From the human T2T-CHM13v2.0 reference genome, Homo sapiens, in NCBI RefSeq assembly GCF_009914755.1, contig NC_060933.1: a stretch of 64,000 nt of DNA; one strand, written 5' to 3'. Within the stretch, counting starts at the first letter, position 1, and each line of letters opens with the position of its first letter. Shown here piece by piece: positions 1 through 13,269 of the stretch. The notes under the pieces were generated by a model. The model searched no databases. It was not told the origin of the DNA and saw only the letters and a program-made list of their open reading frames with translations. The position numbers and the translations under genes were made by a program.

Positions 1-989
1 GGTGTGCTCACTTTACCTTGAGACTGCACTCCCTGCAGACAAGGGAGGGGCGGTGGACACCTGTGAAGCGGGGAAACGGAGGAACAGCGTTTTCTGGGAA
101 GAGTGAGTGTCACAGCCAGAGGGCTCACACTGGGTGTCAGGTGACTTTTTCCCTCCCTCGCTTTACATCAAGGCCCCAGCCCAAATCCTAGGGGCACAAG
201 ATTCTCAACAGCCTTGTCTGCACCCAGGTATTAAATGTATGTTTCTTGGAGATGCCCAGAGACCAAGTGTCCCCAAGCATCCAGCTGAGCTTGCCAGCCC
301 TTGCACCCCAGCCTTTGGCCCTAAGGAGGTCCACGCAGCTCAGCACTGTCAACCATGGGGCACTGCTCTGATGCACTGGGGCTAGAGGCAGAGATGACAC
401 ACCCAGGGCCTTCTTCAGAGTCCGGGGAGTCCAGGGAGAAACATGAACGCTGCATTGGATTTTGCAACTTTGCTGGCAACTCATTCGCTTTCATCCACAA
501 ACACCTTGGAGCCTCCCCTGTGGCCAGCAGTGGGCTGGAGACTGGAAAGCTGGCAAAAGCTGCCCTGCCATTTCCACCATGCCTCAGGACAGGGGCAGAT
601 GGATGCCTCCAGGAGCCTGAGTGCTGATGCAGGTGCACCCCAAAGGGACCTGGCCCTGCCCGATCCAGGGAAGACTCCTTGGAGGAGGCGCGCTTGGAGC
701 CGCGTGCTGAGTGAGGAGTAGGAGTGTGGAGAGGCAGCCAGGCCCCTTTGCCTGACCAGGGATCCAGGTGTCCCTCGAAGACACAGAGGCTGCCCCTGGT
801 GTGGGTTAGAGTTAGGGATGGATGCCTAAAAAGTACAAGAAGAAAGAGGAACAAGTCCAGGATGTTTGAGCCACCTATCAGATATCTTACCGTGTGTGGC
901 ACTGTGGGCCCGTGGCTGTTGCGAGGCCATGGGGGAAAGTTGGAGACATAGAGAAGGAACAAGAAGCAGAAACACAAATGCTCTGGTGG

Positions 990-1328
990 GTGATTCTCAC
1001 CGGAGCGGGGACCCTACTGTGACCTGCGCATGTGAGGGATCTGGGTTGCAAGCTCCTGATGAGAATCTAATGCCTGATGATCTGTCGCTGTCTCCCATAC
1101 CCCCTAGATGGGACAGTCCAGTTGCAGGAAAATGAGCTCAGGGCTCCCACCGATTCTACACTATGGTGAGTTGTAGAATTCTTCCATTATATATGACAAT
1201 GGAATCATAGTAGAAATAAAGTGCACAATCCAAGGAATGCGCGTAAATCATCCTGAAACCACACCCGTCTACCCTGCTCCGTGGAAAAATTGTCTTCCAT
1301 GAAACCAGTCCCTGGTGCCAAAAAGGTT
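990..1328 (+). mobile_element. MER1A-like hAT DNA transposon, partial copy
   Basis: GAGAATCTAATGCCTGATGATCTG...CCCTGGTGCCAAAAAGGTT matches the MER1 consensus from memory; it is the reverse complement of part of the copy at 1838-2344. Confidence 0.8.
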
Positions 1329-1389
1329 AAAATATGAAGACAGTGGAGATAGCGGTTCCTCCAACCCAGCATGCTCCTGGCTGCAGAAA

Positions 1390-1490
1390 GCGCGGTGGAG
1401 ATGGGTGAAGCACAGTGGAGATGGGGGAAGTGAGGTGGAGATGGGTGAAGCGCAGTGGAGATGAGTGAAGCGTGGTGGAGATGGGTGAGG
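1390..1490. repeat. Short minisatellite, ~20-bp unit GTGGAGATGGGTGAAGCGCA x5
   Basis: Five diverged tandem copies visible. Confidence 0.85.
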
Positions 1491-1837
1491 GTGATCGTGT
1501 AGATTGGCCAATGGTTTCTGCTCAGCTTCAGGGGAATCAGTGTTTTCTCTAGGTCAAGTTCAGCAGCCTTGGAGTTTCCACGTGCTGATCATCAGGAACC
1601 CTGGTGAACATGTAGGTTGAGATGGCGCTGTGCCTGTGAGTGAATGTCAGGTGCTGCCATCTTCACTGGCCAGGGTCCTCGGTGCCTGTAGTGGGGTCAG
1701 CAGAGGCTGGCAGTGGTCGGGGCAGGTGGACCATGAGCACCTCCCTGCGCTGGTCAGCAGCAGGAGTCCATCAAGATGAATGGAGCAGAGGGGGTTCGCT
1801 CTCCTTGGCAGAGACATCGCAGTGCATTTCTTGGGAG

Positions 1838-2344
1838 CAGTGGCTCCAACCTTTTTAGCACCAGGAATCGGTTTCATGGAAGACAATTTTCCCATGGCCC
1901 GGGGGATGAAGGATGGTTTCAGGATAATTCAAGCATGTTTCATTTGCTGTGCACTTTATTTCTATTATTATTACATTGTAATGTGTCATGAAATATGATG
2001 CAGTGCACTGTCATGTAGAATCAGTGGGAGCCATGAGCTTGTTTTCCTGCAAGTGGACGGTCCCATCTGGGGGTGATGGGAGACAATGACAGGTCATCGG
2101 GCATTCGATTCCTATAAGGGGCATGCAACCTGGATCCCTGCCCGTGCAGTTCACAGTAGGGTGTGCGCTCCTATGAGAATCTAATGGCCCCGCTGATCCG
2201 ACAGGAGGCTCCGGCGGCCATGCAGGCAATGGGGACTGGCTGTAAACAGATGAAGCTTCGCTGGCTCACCTGCCGCTCACCTCCTGCTTCGTGGCCTGGT
2301 TCCTAACAGGCCATGGACTGGTGCCGTGGGGGTTGGGACCCCTG
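1838..2344 (-). mobile_element. MER1A-like hAT DNA transposon, near full length
   Basis: CAG...CTG termini; 8-bp target-site duplication CTTGGGAG (1830-1837) / CTTGGAAG (2345-2352). Confidence 0.85.
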
Positions 2345-3654
2345 CTTGGAAGAACCCAGCTAAGAAGAGTCAGAAATGGGTCTGGGGGCAGCAATGACTT
2401 TCTCCGATTTTTCCTTCCAGGGACCCCACTGGGAACTGCACAGTATTTAAGACACTGCTGGTGAAAACAGACAACTCTACCACGTACAGAATCTGTGAGT
2501 AGCTGCCAGGCAGCAGAGCCACAGTCCCAGCAGCTCCCACACTCCAGCATCTGGCCACCAGCCCTGGGGGCACGCGGACACCCATCCAGCAGCTCCTGGC
2601 AGGCTGTGCTGACTCACCTCCGCCAGCCTCCAGGGCAGGCACTCAGCCCTCCTGGGGTCCTGTGCCCTCCGCCTGATCCCCACTTATTACACAGGGAAAG
2701 AAGGACTCAGCCCATCCCTGGGTCCCATGGACAGCATTTCCTGGGCCCGTGGTCCCTCCCTGGCATTTTGGAGTCATTTACAAGGCACGTTCTCCTCGCC
2801 GGGCCCTGGCAGAGTCCAGTGGCCTCTGTGGCATCCCGGAAGCTGTGTTTTCATCAGCCCTGCAGAGAAGCTGTCCAAGGCCAGCATCTGACCCCTCTGA
2901 CCTCCGTCAGCCAGAGCGGAGGAAGCAGCATCTGGGGGGGACTCTCACCGGCCTGGAGATGCACTTGGGGCTCACCCACTCACTGCCACCATCCTGCCTC
3001 CCCGAGTGCTCTCAGCTTCTGACTCGGGGCCCCTCCCATTTCCTATAGAGGGACAGAAATTATTAGCATTTCAGACTCATAGACTCAACTTAAAAAGGGC
3101 GCAACCACCCAGCTCACAAGAGCACATCCTCCGCCCCTCCCAGCGGGGGAGCAGGAGGTCTGCATCTGTCCGTGGAGACGGACCACTACTACATCATGAA
3201 CACCCGGGATGAGAGGAGGGACCCGGCCGTGCACACAATGAACCTGACAGGCGCGTGTCCACGCTGATGTCACGGGGCCTGTGGACGGGGGCCTGTGGAC
3301 GGGGGCGCTGCCCCTTGGAGTCCTCCCTAACTCAGCCATGCCCAGGTCTCTGTGGCAATGTGGGTGTAGCCCCCACGGTTCCCTCTGGCTCTCGCTGGGC
3401 CACACCTGGCGGGTGGCGTCCAAGGAGACAGGCAAGGGCTCCGTGATGTGGGACCCTGGGCTGCTGGCCTGGGAAGCAGCATCTCTACCAGGAGAGGCTG
3501 GGTCAAGGAGTCATAGGGGAAGTGAGGGGTACATGGAAGACCCCCTCCTCCAGGATGAGTGTCTGCATGGTTGGCAGAACAGGCTGGGAGACGGGGTCCC
3601 TCTCAGGAGGGCCTGGGGGCTGATTCTGGGGAAGGATCATTGACAGCAGGACCC

Positions 3655-3765
3655 CTGATTCCCCACCTTACCCCACCCACCCCCACCACCCCCCCTTACC
3701 CCACCACCCTCGCCACCCCCACCTTACCCCACCCACCACCTTATCCCACCCACCCCCACCACCCC
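3655..3765. repeat. C-rich low-complexity repeat (CCCCACC/CCTTACCCCA); G4-prone on - strand
   Basis: Directly visible. Confidence 0.85.
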
Positions 3766-4801
3766 TGCAATCAAATGTCCCTCAAGGAGTAGGTGCGGCA
3801 GTGGGGCAGGGCATCCCCAAGCCCAGGAGAGCCCTTCTCTGCTCTGTAGAGGGGCCTGGTAGGACCCCTTCCTATGGAGACTTCAGGGAAGGAGAAGAGA
3901 ACCACCCAGGGTGCTGTCAGCCACACAGGAGGCCCCTCTGCTCAGGTCCCAGATATACTCAGGCCACTTTTCCAGCCTGGAGCTGGGCTGGCAAGGGCTT
4001 CTTCCAAGGCCTCTTCTTAGCCAGAGCCAGCTCGGGTGTCACCCAGAGTCCTGGGCTCACCCTTGGGGCCTTGGCTCTCCTGCTCCATGGTTTGGCCTGG
4101 GGTTGGGGCTGCTACATATGTAGACAGGTCCCGGGGACAGCAGTGCAAGTCCTCTCTGAGGCCAGAGGCCCTGGGAGACCTGTCAGCATCCGGTCTGAAG
4201 AGTGGGGCCCTGCTCCCCTGCCCCACGTGGGCCTGGGGACCCTGCCTCTCCCGACTCCCTACCCCATTTTGCCTGCAGGCCACACCCTGCATGAAAACCC
4301 AGAAGCCCTGATGATCTTAGAAGCGTTTATAGAAAGCCAAAACATAAGCAAAGGCAAGATCTTTACCCCCACTCACCTTGGTAATGAGCACATTTTCCTG
4401 CTTTTCTCCGGACGTTCATTTCCCATGGGGATGAAGGGCTGCAGCTGACACTGAGCCGGGACACTCCGTGTACACTGGGGAAGCCTCAGCATCCTGGGGA
4501 GGAAGTGACCCCCTGCCTGTCTTTCTCTCTAGATTCCTGCGTGGTCGGCTGTAACTGAGGTGAGTGCCACAAGGCCTCTGCGTGTGTTCAGAGTGTCCAC
4601 ACCAGACTCCGGCCGGACTCATGGGCCCTGGGACTCCGCAGCCCTCGACCTTGGCAGCCTCCTTGCCTGCGGGTGCTTGAATGCCACGCAGCATCCGACG
4701 CATCCCACAACCTTGAGTCTGCTATGAGTCAAGTGTGGTCGCTGTAGATAAGGAGGAAAAAAGATCATGAAAAAGAACAACAACAACAAAAAATCACTCA
4801 T

Positions 4802-5528
<727 letters not shown>

Positions 5529-5944
5529 TCAGTAGGAGCTCCAGGGCATGGCTGGTCTCCCAGCCACACGGGAAGCCACAGGATCCCCATGGGACATCCC
5601 CAGCCACGTGCCACACTCAGTAACCACCCGTGGGCTTGTGTGCAAATCCCTGAAGTCAGTGATGGCTCAAATGTCGTCTCTGCCACCGTGGAGGTTGGCC
5701 ATGGGGGAAAGGTGACGGGGGCAGAAGGGTGAGGGCTCCAAGTGGCTCGAGGAAGGGGCCATGGTGTGAGCAGGGGCACGGGCGGGCAGTCAAGGAGCTG
5801 GGAAGGGCCAGCCAGTCCTGCTCTGGAGCCTCCGGGAGGAGCCAGCGCTGCGGACACCTTGGCTGTAGCCAGGGAGGCTCACTTTGGACTTCCAACCTCC
5901 ACACCTGTCAGAGGCCACGAGTGTTTAGCCATTAAAGAAACCTC

Positions 5945-6175
5945 CAGGGGCTGCGGTGACAAATGACCACAGACTCAGGAGCTGAACACAACGCACATGC
6001 ATTGTCTCACAATTCTGGAGTCAAAAGTCTAGAAACAGTCGGTGGGGCTGGTTCCTTCTGGAGACTTCTGGGAAGGGGAGAAGCCGCTTTCTTGGCTTTC
6101 CCAGTTTCTGGAGTGGCTGCATCCTGCACTCTCGGCCCCGCTATGCCACCAAGGCCTCCGTTTCTGTAGCCTCTG
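5945..6175. mobile_element. MLT1-type MaLR LTR fragment
   Basis: GGCTGCGGTGACAAATGACCACAGACT...TCTCACAATTCTGGAG...AAGTCTAGAAA resembles MLT1. Confidence 0.6.
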
Positions 6176-8736
6176 CTGCTCTCTGGCATCTGCACGGTTG
6201 CCCCGAAGCCGCTCCGCGACGGCCCTCCCTGAGCTGTGTAGTGCTGGGGGGAGGAGGCGTGGCCACAGTGGGCTGCATTCAGGATCTTGAAAGCCACTGA
6301 AGCCATGGCTGGCTCTCAGCCCTCAGGGAGCCTCTTCCCCTGCCTGGCACCAGGCTCCCAGAATCTGGGAGGCAGCCTCTTCATCTGGCTGCTGGTGGAG
6401 ACCTGAGCCCAGCCCCAGGGTCCTCAGTCCTGCCCCTTGTCCTCCGCAAGCTCTCACTACATCCTACCTATGTCCAGGGACCTCGGCCCATGCATCTGCC
6501 CAGATCCCAGCCTACCCGAGAGCATGCATCCCCAACTGGACCAGCACCCAACATAGCCGAGGGCTCCCCTGACCCACATAAACCTTGTTAATATTGCCTC
6601 TGTGGTCTCTGCTTGTTGCCTGAGGGGTGGAGGTGGGGGGTATCTGCTCAGACTGGCTCCAGCGCATCCTAAGGCCAGGCCCTTCCCAAAGGAGAGTGAA
6701 GCCAGGCCCCATGAGTCCCAGCTGGACAGGAAGGTACAGGCGGGACGGCCCTGGGTTAGGCAGAGTGGTCAGGATGGTTGCTCCAGATACATAGGAACCT
6801 CCAGCCAGGCGCTGGCGCATGGCAGTTGGTTCTCAAACATGCCCTGAATCCTAATTCATCGCCTTCCGCACACCACCCGGGAAAGCTGGCCATACAAGGG
6901 ACTGGGCCCTGCCTACACGGGGGGTGACCAGAGCCATGGTGGGGTGGGGACCTCCATGCAGCTCAAGGCCCCCTCAGTTGGCAGGGACCTGGTACTCCAT
7001 GGCCATGGTGGCCAGTGACTTCTCTCTCCTGGAGACCGTGGAGGCCCCTCTGAGGGTCAACATCACCTCGCTGTGGCCCACCCCCGAGGGCAACCTGGAG
7101 ATCATTCTGCACAGATGGTGGGTTCCTCGTCACTGGGGCTGGGGCTGGTGGGGGGCTCAGTCTCCCTGGGCCACGGGTCCAGGGCTGGGTGGGGTGGGTG
7201 GAGCTGGGGTTCAGCCCCAGGCATTTCCTGACATTCCTGAGGCTTCACTGTGGGCCTTCCATGGTGCCTTGGGCTGGGGTGGAGAATGGGGCTCAGGAGG
7301 TTCCCACTCCCCTTGGAGCCCCTGCCCAAGGGCTCTGGGCCAATGGACTGAAAACACAGCACAGCCCTGGTTCTGTCTTTGGGGAAGGCCAGGCTGGGCT
7401 GCTGTGGGCCGCAGCCCTTCTGGGACCTGCGCGGTTCCTGCCACGGCCCTGCCTGGGCCCCTGGAGTCAGGTGGCTGAGGAACTGGGGGTGTGGCCGTGA
7501 TGGGGCCAGGATCCTCATAAACACTATGTCAAAGCCTCACACAGTCAGGGTCAGTTTTGAGCTGCCTTGTGGCTCAAACACCTGGCCAATGGCCAGCTCT
7601 CCTGCCAGGTCCTGGCTGCCTCCGTCCGCCCCACTGTCCACCTGGCTGCCTGTTCCGCCTTGGAGGCCCCATTCAGGCTGATGCCTGACGACCTGGCTGG
7701 GCTGGGCGTGCTGTGTCCCCAGGTCACTTCCTGGAGTGCAGCCTCCATCCCTGCACTGGGCCCATGGACAGCCCCACCTCTGTGCGGTTTCTCAGGGAAC
7801 ACCACAGATGCGTTGAGAGGACCGTCCTCGCCCAGAAGACTGAGGACCCGGCTGTGTTCATGGTCGACCGTAGGTGCCCCAGCCCCGGGCCAGTTCCACA
7901 CTGTCCCCTGAAGCCTCTCCACAGAGCCAGAAGCCAGCAGGTTCCCTCCCCCACGGCTGGGTCCTGCTCTGAGCCTCGTCCCGTCCCAAAGGCTCCTGGC
8001 AGCTGAGCCTGGGGGTTGAGGCTGTGACCCACTTGGTGTAGGGACAGAGCCTATAGCATCTTGTTGACCTCAAACTCATCAGGACCTGAATCTGAGCTCA
8101 CAACCACAGGTCTGGGTTGGGAGCATTTTCTGTCACCTCGGGCAGGCAGGTGGCAACCTCCTTGCTCAGAAACCTGCAGCCTGTGGCCCAGCTGTCTTGG
8201 ATCCTTAAAAATAACCAAATTAACTAGACCTGCAGCTAGACACGCAGTAGATTGGCCTCTCAAATCTGGCACCTGCTTCTGGAACACCCTGGTCCTCACC
8301 GACCTCTTCCCCATCCCAGCAGCTCCCAGAGTCTCTTTCTGCTCCCCCAGTGCCCTGCCCCACGGGCATGGCCCACATCCCTGGCGGCCTCCCCCAACCT
8401 TGGCCTTAGCTGGAACACAAGCCAGGCCCCTGCTCCAGCAGGTGAGGCAGGGTCCAGTCTAATCTCCAGAGCTGTCCCTGCCACACATAGGCGGAACAAC
8501 CAGGCAGCCACATAGCCCCCCATGTCTGCAGTTCCTCACCTGCAAGCAGGGACCCCCACTCAAGCTCACGTCTATCTGAGAAGGGGAGGCTGCAAGGGGC
8601 TGGAGCAGACATGGCTCTGTTTCTTTCCTCCATTCTTTGATGTCTGTGCACAGCTCCAACCTCCAGACTGAAACCGAGCTCCAGCTCATGAGCCTTCCCA
8701 GGCCTGCTGGGCACCTGCCCTGAGAGGGAGGCACCA

Positions 8737-8770
8737 TGAATGAATGAATGAATGAATGAATGAATGAATG
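8737..8770. repeat. (TGAA)n microsatellite
   Basis: Directly visible. Confidence 0.95.
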
Positions 8771-11227
8771 TCACCTCCGGGTCACGGAGGAGTAGAATTC
8801 ATCCAAGGAGGGCAGTAAATCTGGAGAACGGCTTCGTCAGAGCCGCAGTTTGGAAGAACTACCTTTGCAGCCTTTTGCCCACGCGGGGGTGCAGAAGGGG
8901 CTGGTCAGTGCCAAGGTGGTGCTGCCCGGACCCGCCCCTCCATCCATAGAATATGTCGTGCTGCAGTGGTGAGCGGCCAGCAGCCATCGCAAAGGTGGAG
9001 ACTGAGCGTCAAGGAGAGGTCCAGGAAGGAGGGAGGCCGGCTGCCCAGGTGCAGGGAGCGGCTACTCCGTGGTCCCGTGAATGGCTGCTGTCAGCCCAGC
9101 ACCCAGGAACAGAGGCCATAGGGAGGGACTCAGATGTGATTTCTGGTGTCTGTTTTTGTATTTTTTTCCAGGTCGCGGGACAAGAAAGATCTCTGTGTTG
9201 GACACAGACTAGACGACAGGAGCTACGTGTTCTTCTGCATGGGAACCACCACACCCAGTGCTGACCACCACACGATGTGCCAGTACCTGGGGACGACACA
9301 GGGGCCCCCGGGCTTCATCTGAACAACCCCAAATCCGGTCCTTTTCTCAGTGGGAGGAGAGAGGGGCCGCCCTGCCCACCTCCCCAGGCCCCATTCGCCG
9401 GAGGTTGCCTGGTGTTGGTGTCGGAAACCAGAAGCCACCAGGGAAGATGTTGCGGTAGGGGGGATTTTAATGGGGGCGGGGGGCAGGGACTAGTGTCAAA
9501 TTTGGGTCAGGCCAAAGGGGGCCGATGTGGTAAACAGGTCTGGCAGCAAGTGGAGGGGCCACATCTTACAAGCAGATAGAACTGGCCAATATTAGTCCAT
9601 CAACCTTCATTAATGGAGATTTAAGTTGGATCTCAAATGTGAATGCAGCTTTAAAAGGTGATAGTCTAACCCCGGTAAAGCTCATGGTGCTGTTGCCTCT
9701 GTTCTTAAGGGTCCCCAGGGTTCCTAAATGGACCATTGGTGTTGGGGCTATAGATACATCCCCTGTTCTATAAATCCGCCCTCCTGGATTGCGGGAGACA
9801 TCAGTGGGACTTCAGGGGAGGCAGGAACTTTTCGGAAAAAATATAGCCACATAGGCACAGCCCTTCCCCATGTTTCTGAGCGCACCATTTCCTCTGGGGT
9901 CACACAGGTGTCTTCTTGATCAGCCTCAGCTGTGCTTGGTGAGAGCCAGGCACCGGGGGAGGCAGGCACTATGCTCTCCTTCCGTGACACTGTAGACACC
10001 ATCCTGAGCCCCAGTGCTGCCCAGAGCGGGCCCCAGTGCTGCCCAGAGCGGAGCAAAGGGGGCCAGGCCGAGGAGCGGGAGTTGGGGACAGGGAATCTAC
10101 AGGCCAGGAGCCCTAGAGACCGCCCTGGGGACCTGCTCCAGACCAAACTCTGCCTGACCTCGGAGCACTGGGTCCTCCTTCCCTGCCCTCCCTCCCCAGG
10201 CAGGGTCCTTGGAGCTCCCAGGGCCCAGGACTGAGCCAGCGTCCCCCACAGCCAGGACCCTAGAGGCAGACGACAAGGTCATGGAGGAATTCATCAGCTT
10301 TCTCAGGACCCTGCCCGTGCACATGTGGATCTTCCTGGACGTTACCCAGGCGGAAGGTGAGCTCCACCCAAGACAGGCCCAGCCTCGGCTGGAGGAGAAG
10401 CCACCACTGTCCCAGCCCAAGCCCCCCGCTGGCCCTGTAGGACTCAGGGCAGCACCCGTCACTCCTCGTTGGCCCCTCCCATGTTCTCCCCAGGGCTCCC
10501 CTGGGGATGCAAAGGCACCCTGAGGTGGGGTCCCGTCCCCCTCCCATCATCCCCCAACCTCTGGCCCTGGGACTGCTGTGTCCCCAGCTAAGTCTCCCCT
10601 CCCACTGACGCCCCCACTGCCCCCTCTCCTCCCACAGAACAGTGCCGCGTCTAGATGAGCTCCTGCTCAGTCCTGCCTCCTGGGTAATGTACCAGCCCCG
10701 CCCATAGCCTGAGGTCGCCTTTCTGGGCTCCTGGAAGAGACCCCACTGTGTCCATTCCCCAGGGCTGACCCTGAGCGATGGGCTGGAATCCTGGGGCATC
10801 TGGAAAAGCCCAGCTGGCCATGTGCCCGCGTCTCTGGGGTTGGCTGCTCCAGATGCCATTTCCTGTGTCCTGGGCACAGGATGAGGCCTTCTCCTCCAGG
10901 GTGGGGGTGAGTGAGGGTGGGGGGCTCAGGGGAGGGTGGGCCTGGGATCATAAGCCCCTCCGGCCTGAAGCTGGGGGTGAGGTGGGGGCTCCTCTCACAT
11001 AAGCAGGGGTCCCTCACTCTAGGACCTGCAGGGGCAGGGTCCTAGAGTCACAGGGGAGCCCTTTTGTGCACATCAGGTCCTGGAGCCTCGGCCCCTGTGC
11101 GGACGGAGAGGATGTCGCCTTCCTGGGAGGGACAAGGAGGCTGAAGACCAAGGCACGTTTCCTGGGACGCTGGGACCTCCTGGGTCTCAGCCTGGGGTCT
11201 CCTGTCCTAAGCTGTCCCTCTTTGAAC

Positions 11228-11233
11228 AATAAA
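11228..11233 (+). terminator. Polyadenylation signal of locus B
   Basis: AATAAA about 205 nt into the last non-coding exon, as in BLG genes. Confidence 0.7.
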
Positions 11234-11292
11234 TAACCCCGTCCCCTGAGTCTGTGCTGGCAGGCGCGTGGGGATGCAGCTGAGGGCAGGCT

Positions 11293-11545
11293 GTGGGGCT
11301 GGGGAACTCGGGGACTGGCGGACTCAGGGGCTGGGGGGATCGGGGACTGGGGGACTCAGGGGCTGGGGTCTCAGAGGCTGGGGGGCACGGGGGCTGGGGA
11401 CTCGGGGGCTGGGGGACTCGGGGGCTGGGGGCTTGGGGCCTGGATGACTCAGGGGCTGGGGGACTGGGCTGGGGGGCTCAGAGGCTGGGGGGCTCAGGGG
11501 CTGGGGGGCTTGGGGGCTGGGGGACTCGGGGGCTGGGGGGTTGAG
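11293..11545 (+). repeat. G-rich repeat (GGGGCT/GGGGGACTC), G-quadruplex-prone
   Basis: More than 20 G4-G6 runs with short loops. Confidence 0.9.
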
Positions 11546-12481
11546 GGAACTGAGTTCATGGTTTCTGTATTGTAGGCCCTATCATATTTGGGGATCAAGA
11601 CACTATAGGAGGCTTTAAAATTTTCAGGAACTAGATAAGAGTGCTGCTGAGATGGCCAGAGCTTGCCATTCATGTTGGAGGTCCAGGCCACACAAAGGAC
11701 AAAATATGAAAAATCACAGACCCATTCATTGAATAAATATTGATATAAAAACTTAAATGAGTGTTTTACAAATCAAATTCTGCACTATTTAAAAAACACA
11801 AACCCCATGACCTCCAGGGCATCTCTCTGGAGCATAAGGGAAGTTGCTACCAGGAAGAGCTTTGCTATCAGCCTTCATCTGCTCATAAATGCCATTGATC
11901 TTTTCTGGGCTAATGTGAAATAAAGAGATTTCCCCTGGATTGAGGAACTGAACAAAAGAGGTGAGATATGGGAGAGGAATTTGTTTTTCATTATAAAATA
12001 TTTTGAACATCACAAAAGGAAAAAGAATATGCAACAACAGAAATAGATTTGTCAATAATTGTAACATGCATAACTTTAAATTTTCAAAATATAGATGGCA
12101 TGGATACATTTCCAATAAAATATCAATGACCAATATTGGCTCAAAAAGTAGAGGAAACTTAGAAAGAACAATCATCATAGAAAAAACCAGAATAGTTCCA
12201 GATCTTCTGTCTGTGGATGAGAATAAAAAACCTTTATCTGATAGTTCCTGGCTCATACGATCCATTCCAGGGCATAGAAAAAGATGGTGAGTTGCTCAGC
12301 TGCCCTGATAACAAAACTGGAGAAGGAAGATACAGGAAAAGGAAAGCTGTCAACTTTCAGAATCAAGACACAAATATCTGAATACCTTATTAGCAGACTG
12401 AATCTAACAAACGTATTTAATACATCATGATTTAGCCCAAAAAACAAAGAACATTTCAATATTAGAAAATGTATCAATAAA

Positions 12482-12765
12482 AGCCAGGTGTGGTGGCTCA
12501 CACCTGTAATCCCAGCACTTTGGGAGGCCAAGATAGGCAGATCGCCTGAGGTCAGGAGTTCAAGACCAGCCTGACCAACACGGTAAAACCCCGTCTCTAC
12601 TAAAAATACAAAAATTAGCTGGGTGTGGTGGCAGGTACCTGTAATCCCAGCTACTCCGGAGGCTGAGGCAGGGGAATCACTTGAACCTGGGAGGTGGACA
12701 TTGCAGTGAGCCGTGATCATGCCACCTCACTCCAGCCTAGGTGACAGAATGAGACTCCATCTCAA
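12482..12765 (+). mobile_element. Alu (AluS)
   Basis: Alu dimer consensus. Confidence 0.95.
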
Positions 12766-13269
12766 ATGTATCAATAAAATTAACTAACTTAAGACTAAGG
12801 GAGAAGTGCCATATAAGAATCTTTAATTAATTTTTAAAAATATGTTTCAAAAAATATAATATTCCATTCATGAAGGAGACCTTGCACATCAAGAGTGTCA
12901 TTCAACATTAAATAGCATATGCTGTGCTTATAAGTAACCCTGAAACCCTGAAATGAATGAATCAATCACTGAAAGCACCAAAGAGTTATTTCTTGCTTAT
13001 GCAAAATTTCCTTTGTGGCTTAGCAGGAGAGTTGACTCCTCATGGTCACTCAACAATCCAAGTGATCAAATAACCACCACCCGTGGTGTTGCTGGCCACC
13101 ATGCCAGAGAGAAAACATAGGCATCAAGGGGCTTCAAACTGTCCATTCAGTGCCCTATCCTGAAAGGGACACCTATTACCTCCCTAGAAGGGGGCTGAAA
13201 AGTCCAATCCTACCTAGGTTTCCTACCTAAGAATAGAAAGGAACGTCCCTAAACTGATGATTAAAAAAA

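Larger units (their letters stand above)
6978..11250 (+). pseudogene. PAEPP1: Lipocalin locus B: beta-lactoglobulin type II / glycodelin-like unprocessed pseudogene
   Basis: Exon2 6978-7117 (140 nt; [47 protein letters not shown]); exon3 7796-7869 (74 nt; EHHRCVERTVLAQKTEDPAVFMVD); exon4 9172-9290 (TAG 9210-9212, frameshift, donor GG); exon5 10252-10356 (105 nt); exon6 10638-10683 (EQCRV*, TAG 10652-10654); exon7 from 11023; AATAAA 11228-11233. Exon 2, 3 and 5 sizes match BLG/PAEP; the symbol is assigned from recalled synteny. Confidence 0.9.

Noticed and set aside
1721-1729. GRW triplet as exon 2 of locus A
   Set aside because: No suitably placed acceptor and the following residues do not fit lipocalin exon 2; a second candidate near 880-950 is equally unconvincing
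3801-4448. 215-aa ORF as a standalone gene
   Set aside because: Only 4279-4380 is meaningful (lipocalin exon 5 of locus A); the rest is intronic
6711-6733. ATGAGTCCCAGCTGGACAGGAAG|GTACAG as exon 1 of locus B
   Set aside because: No signal-peptide coding sequence or similarity to BLG/PAEP exon 1
12253-12720. Alu-derived ORFs (also 19424-19818, 20666-21171, 43001-43558, 48784-49153 and others)
   Set aside because: Typical spurious Alu translations
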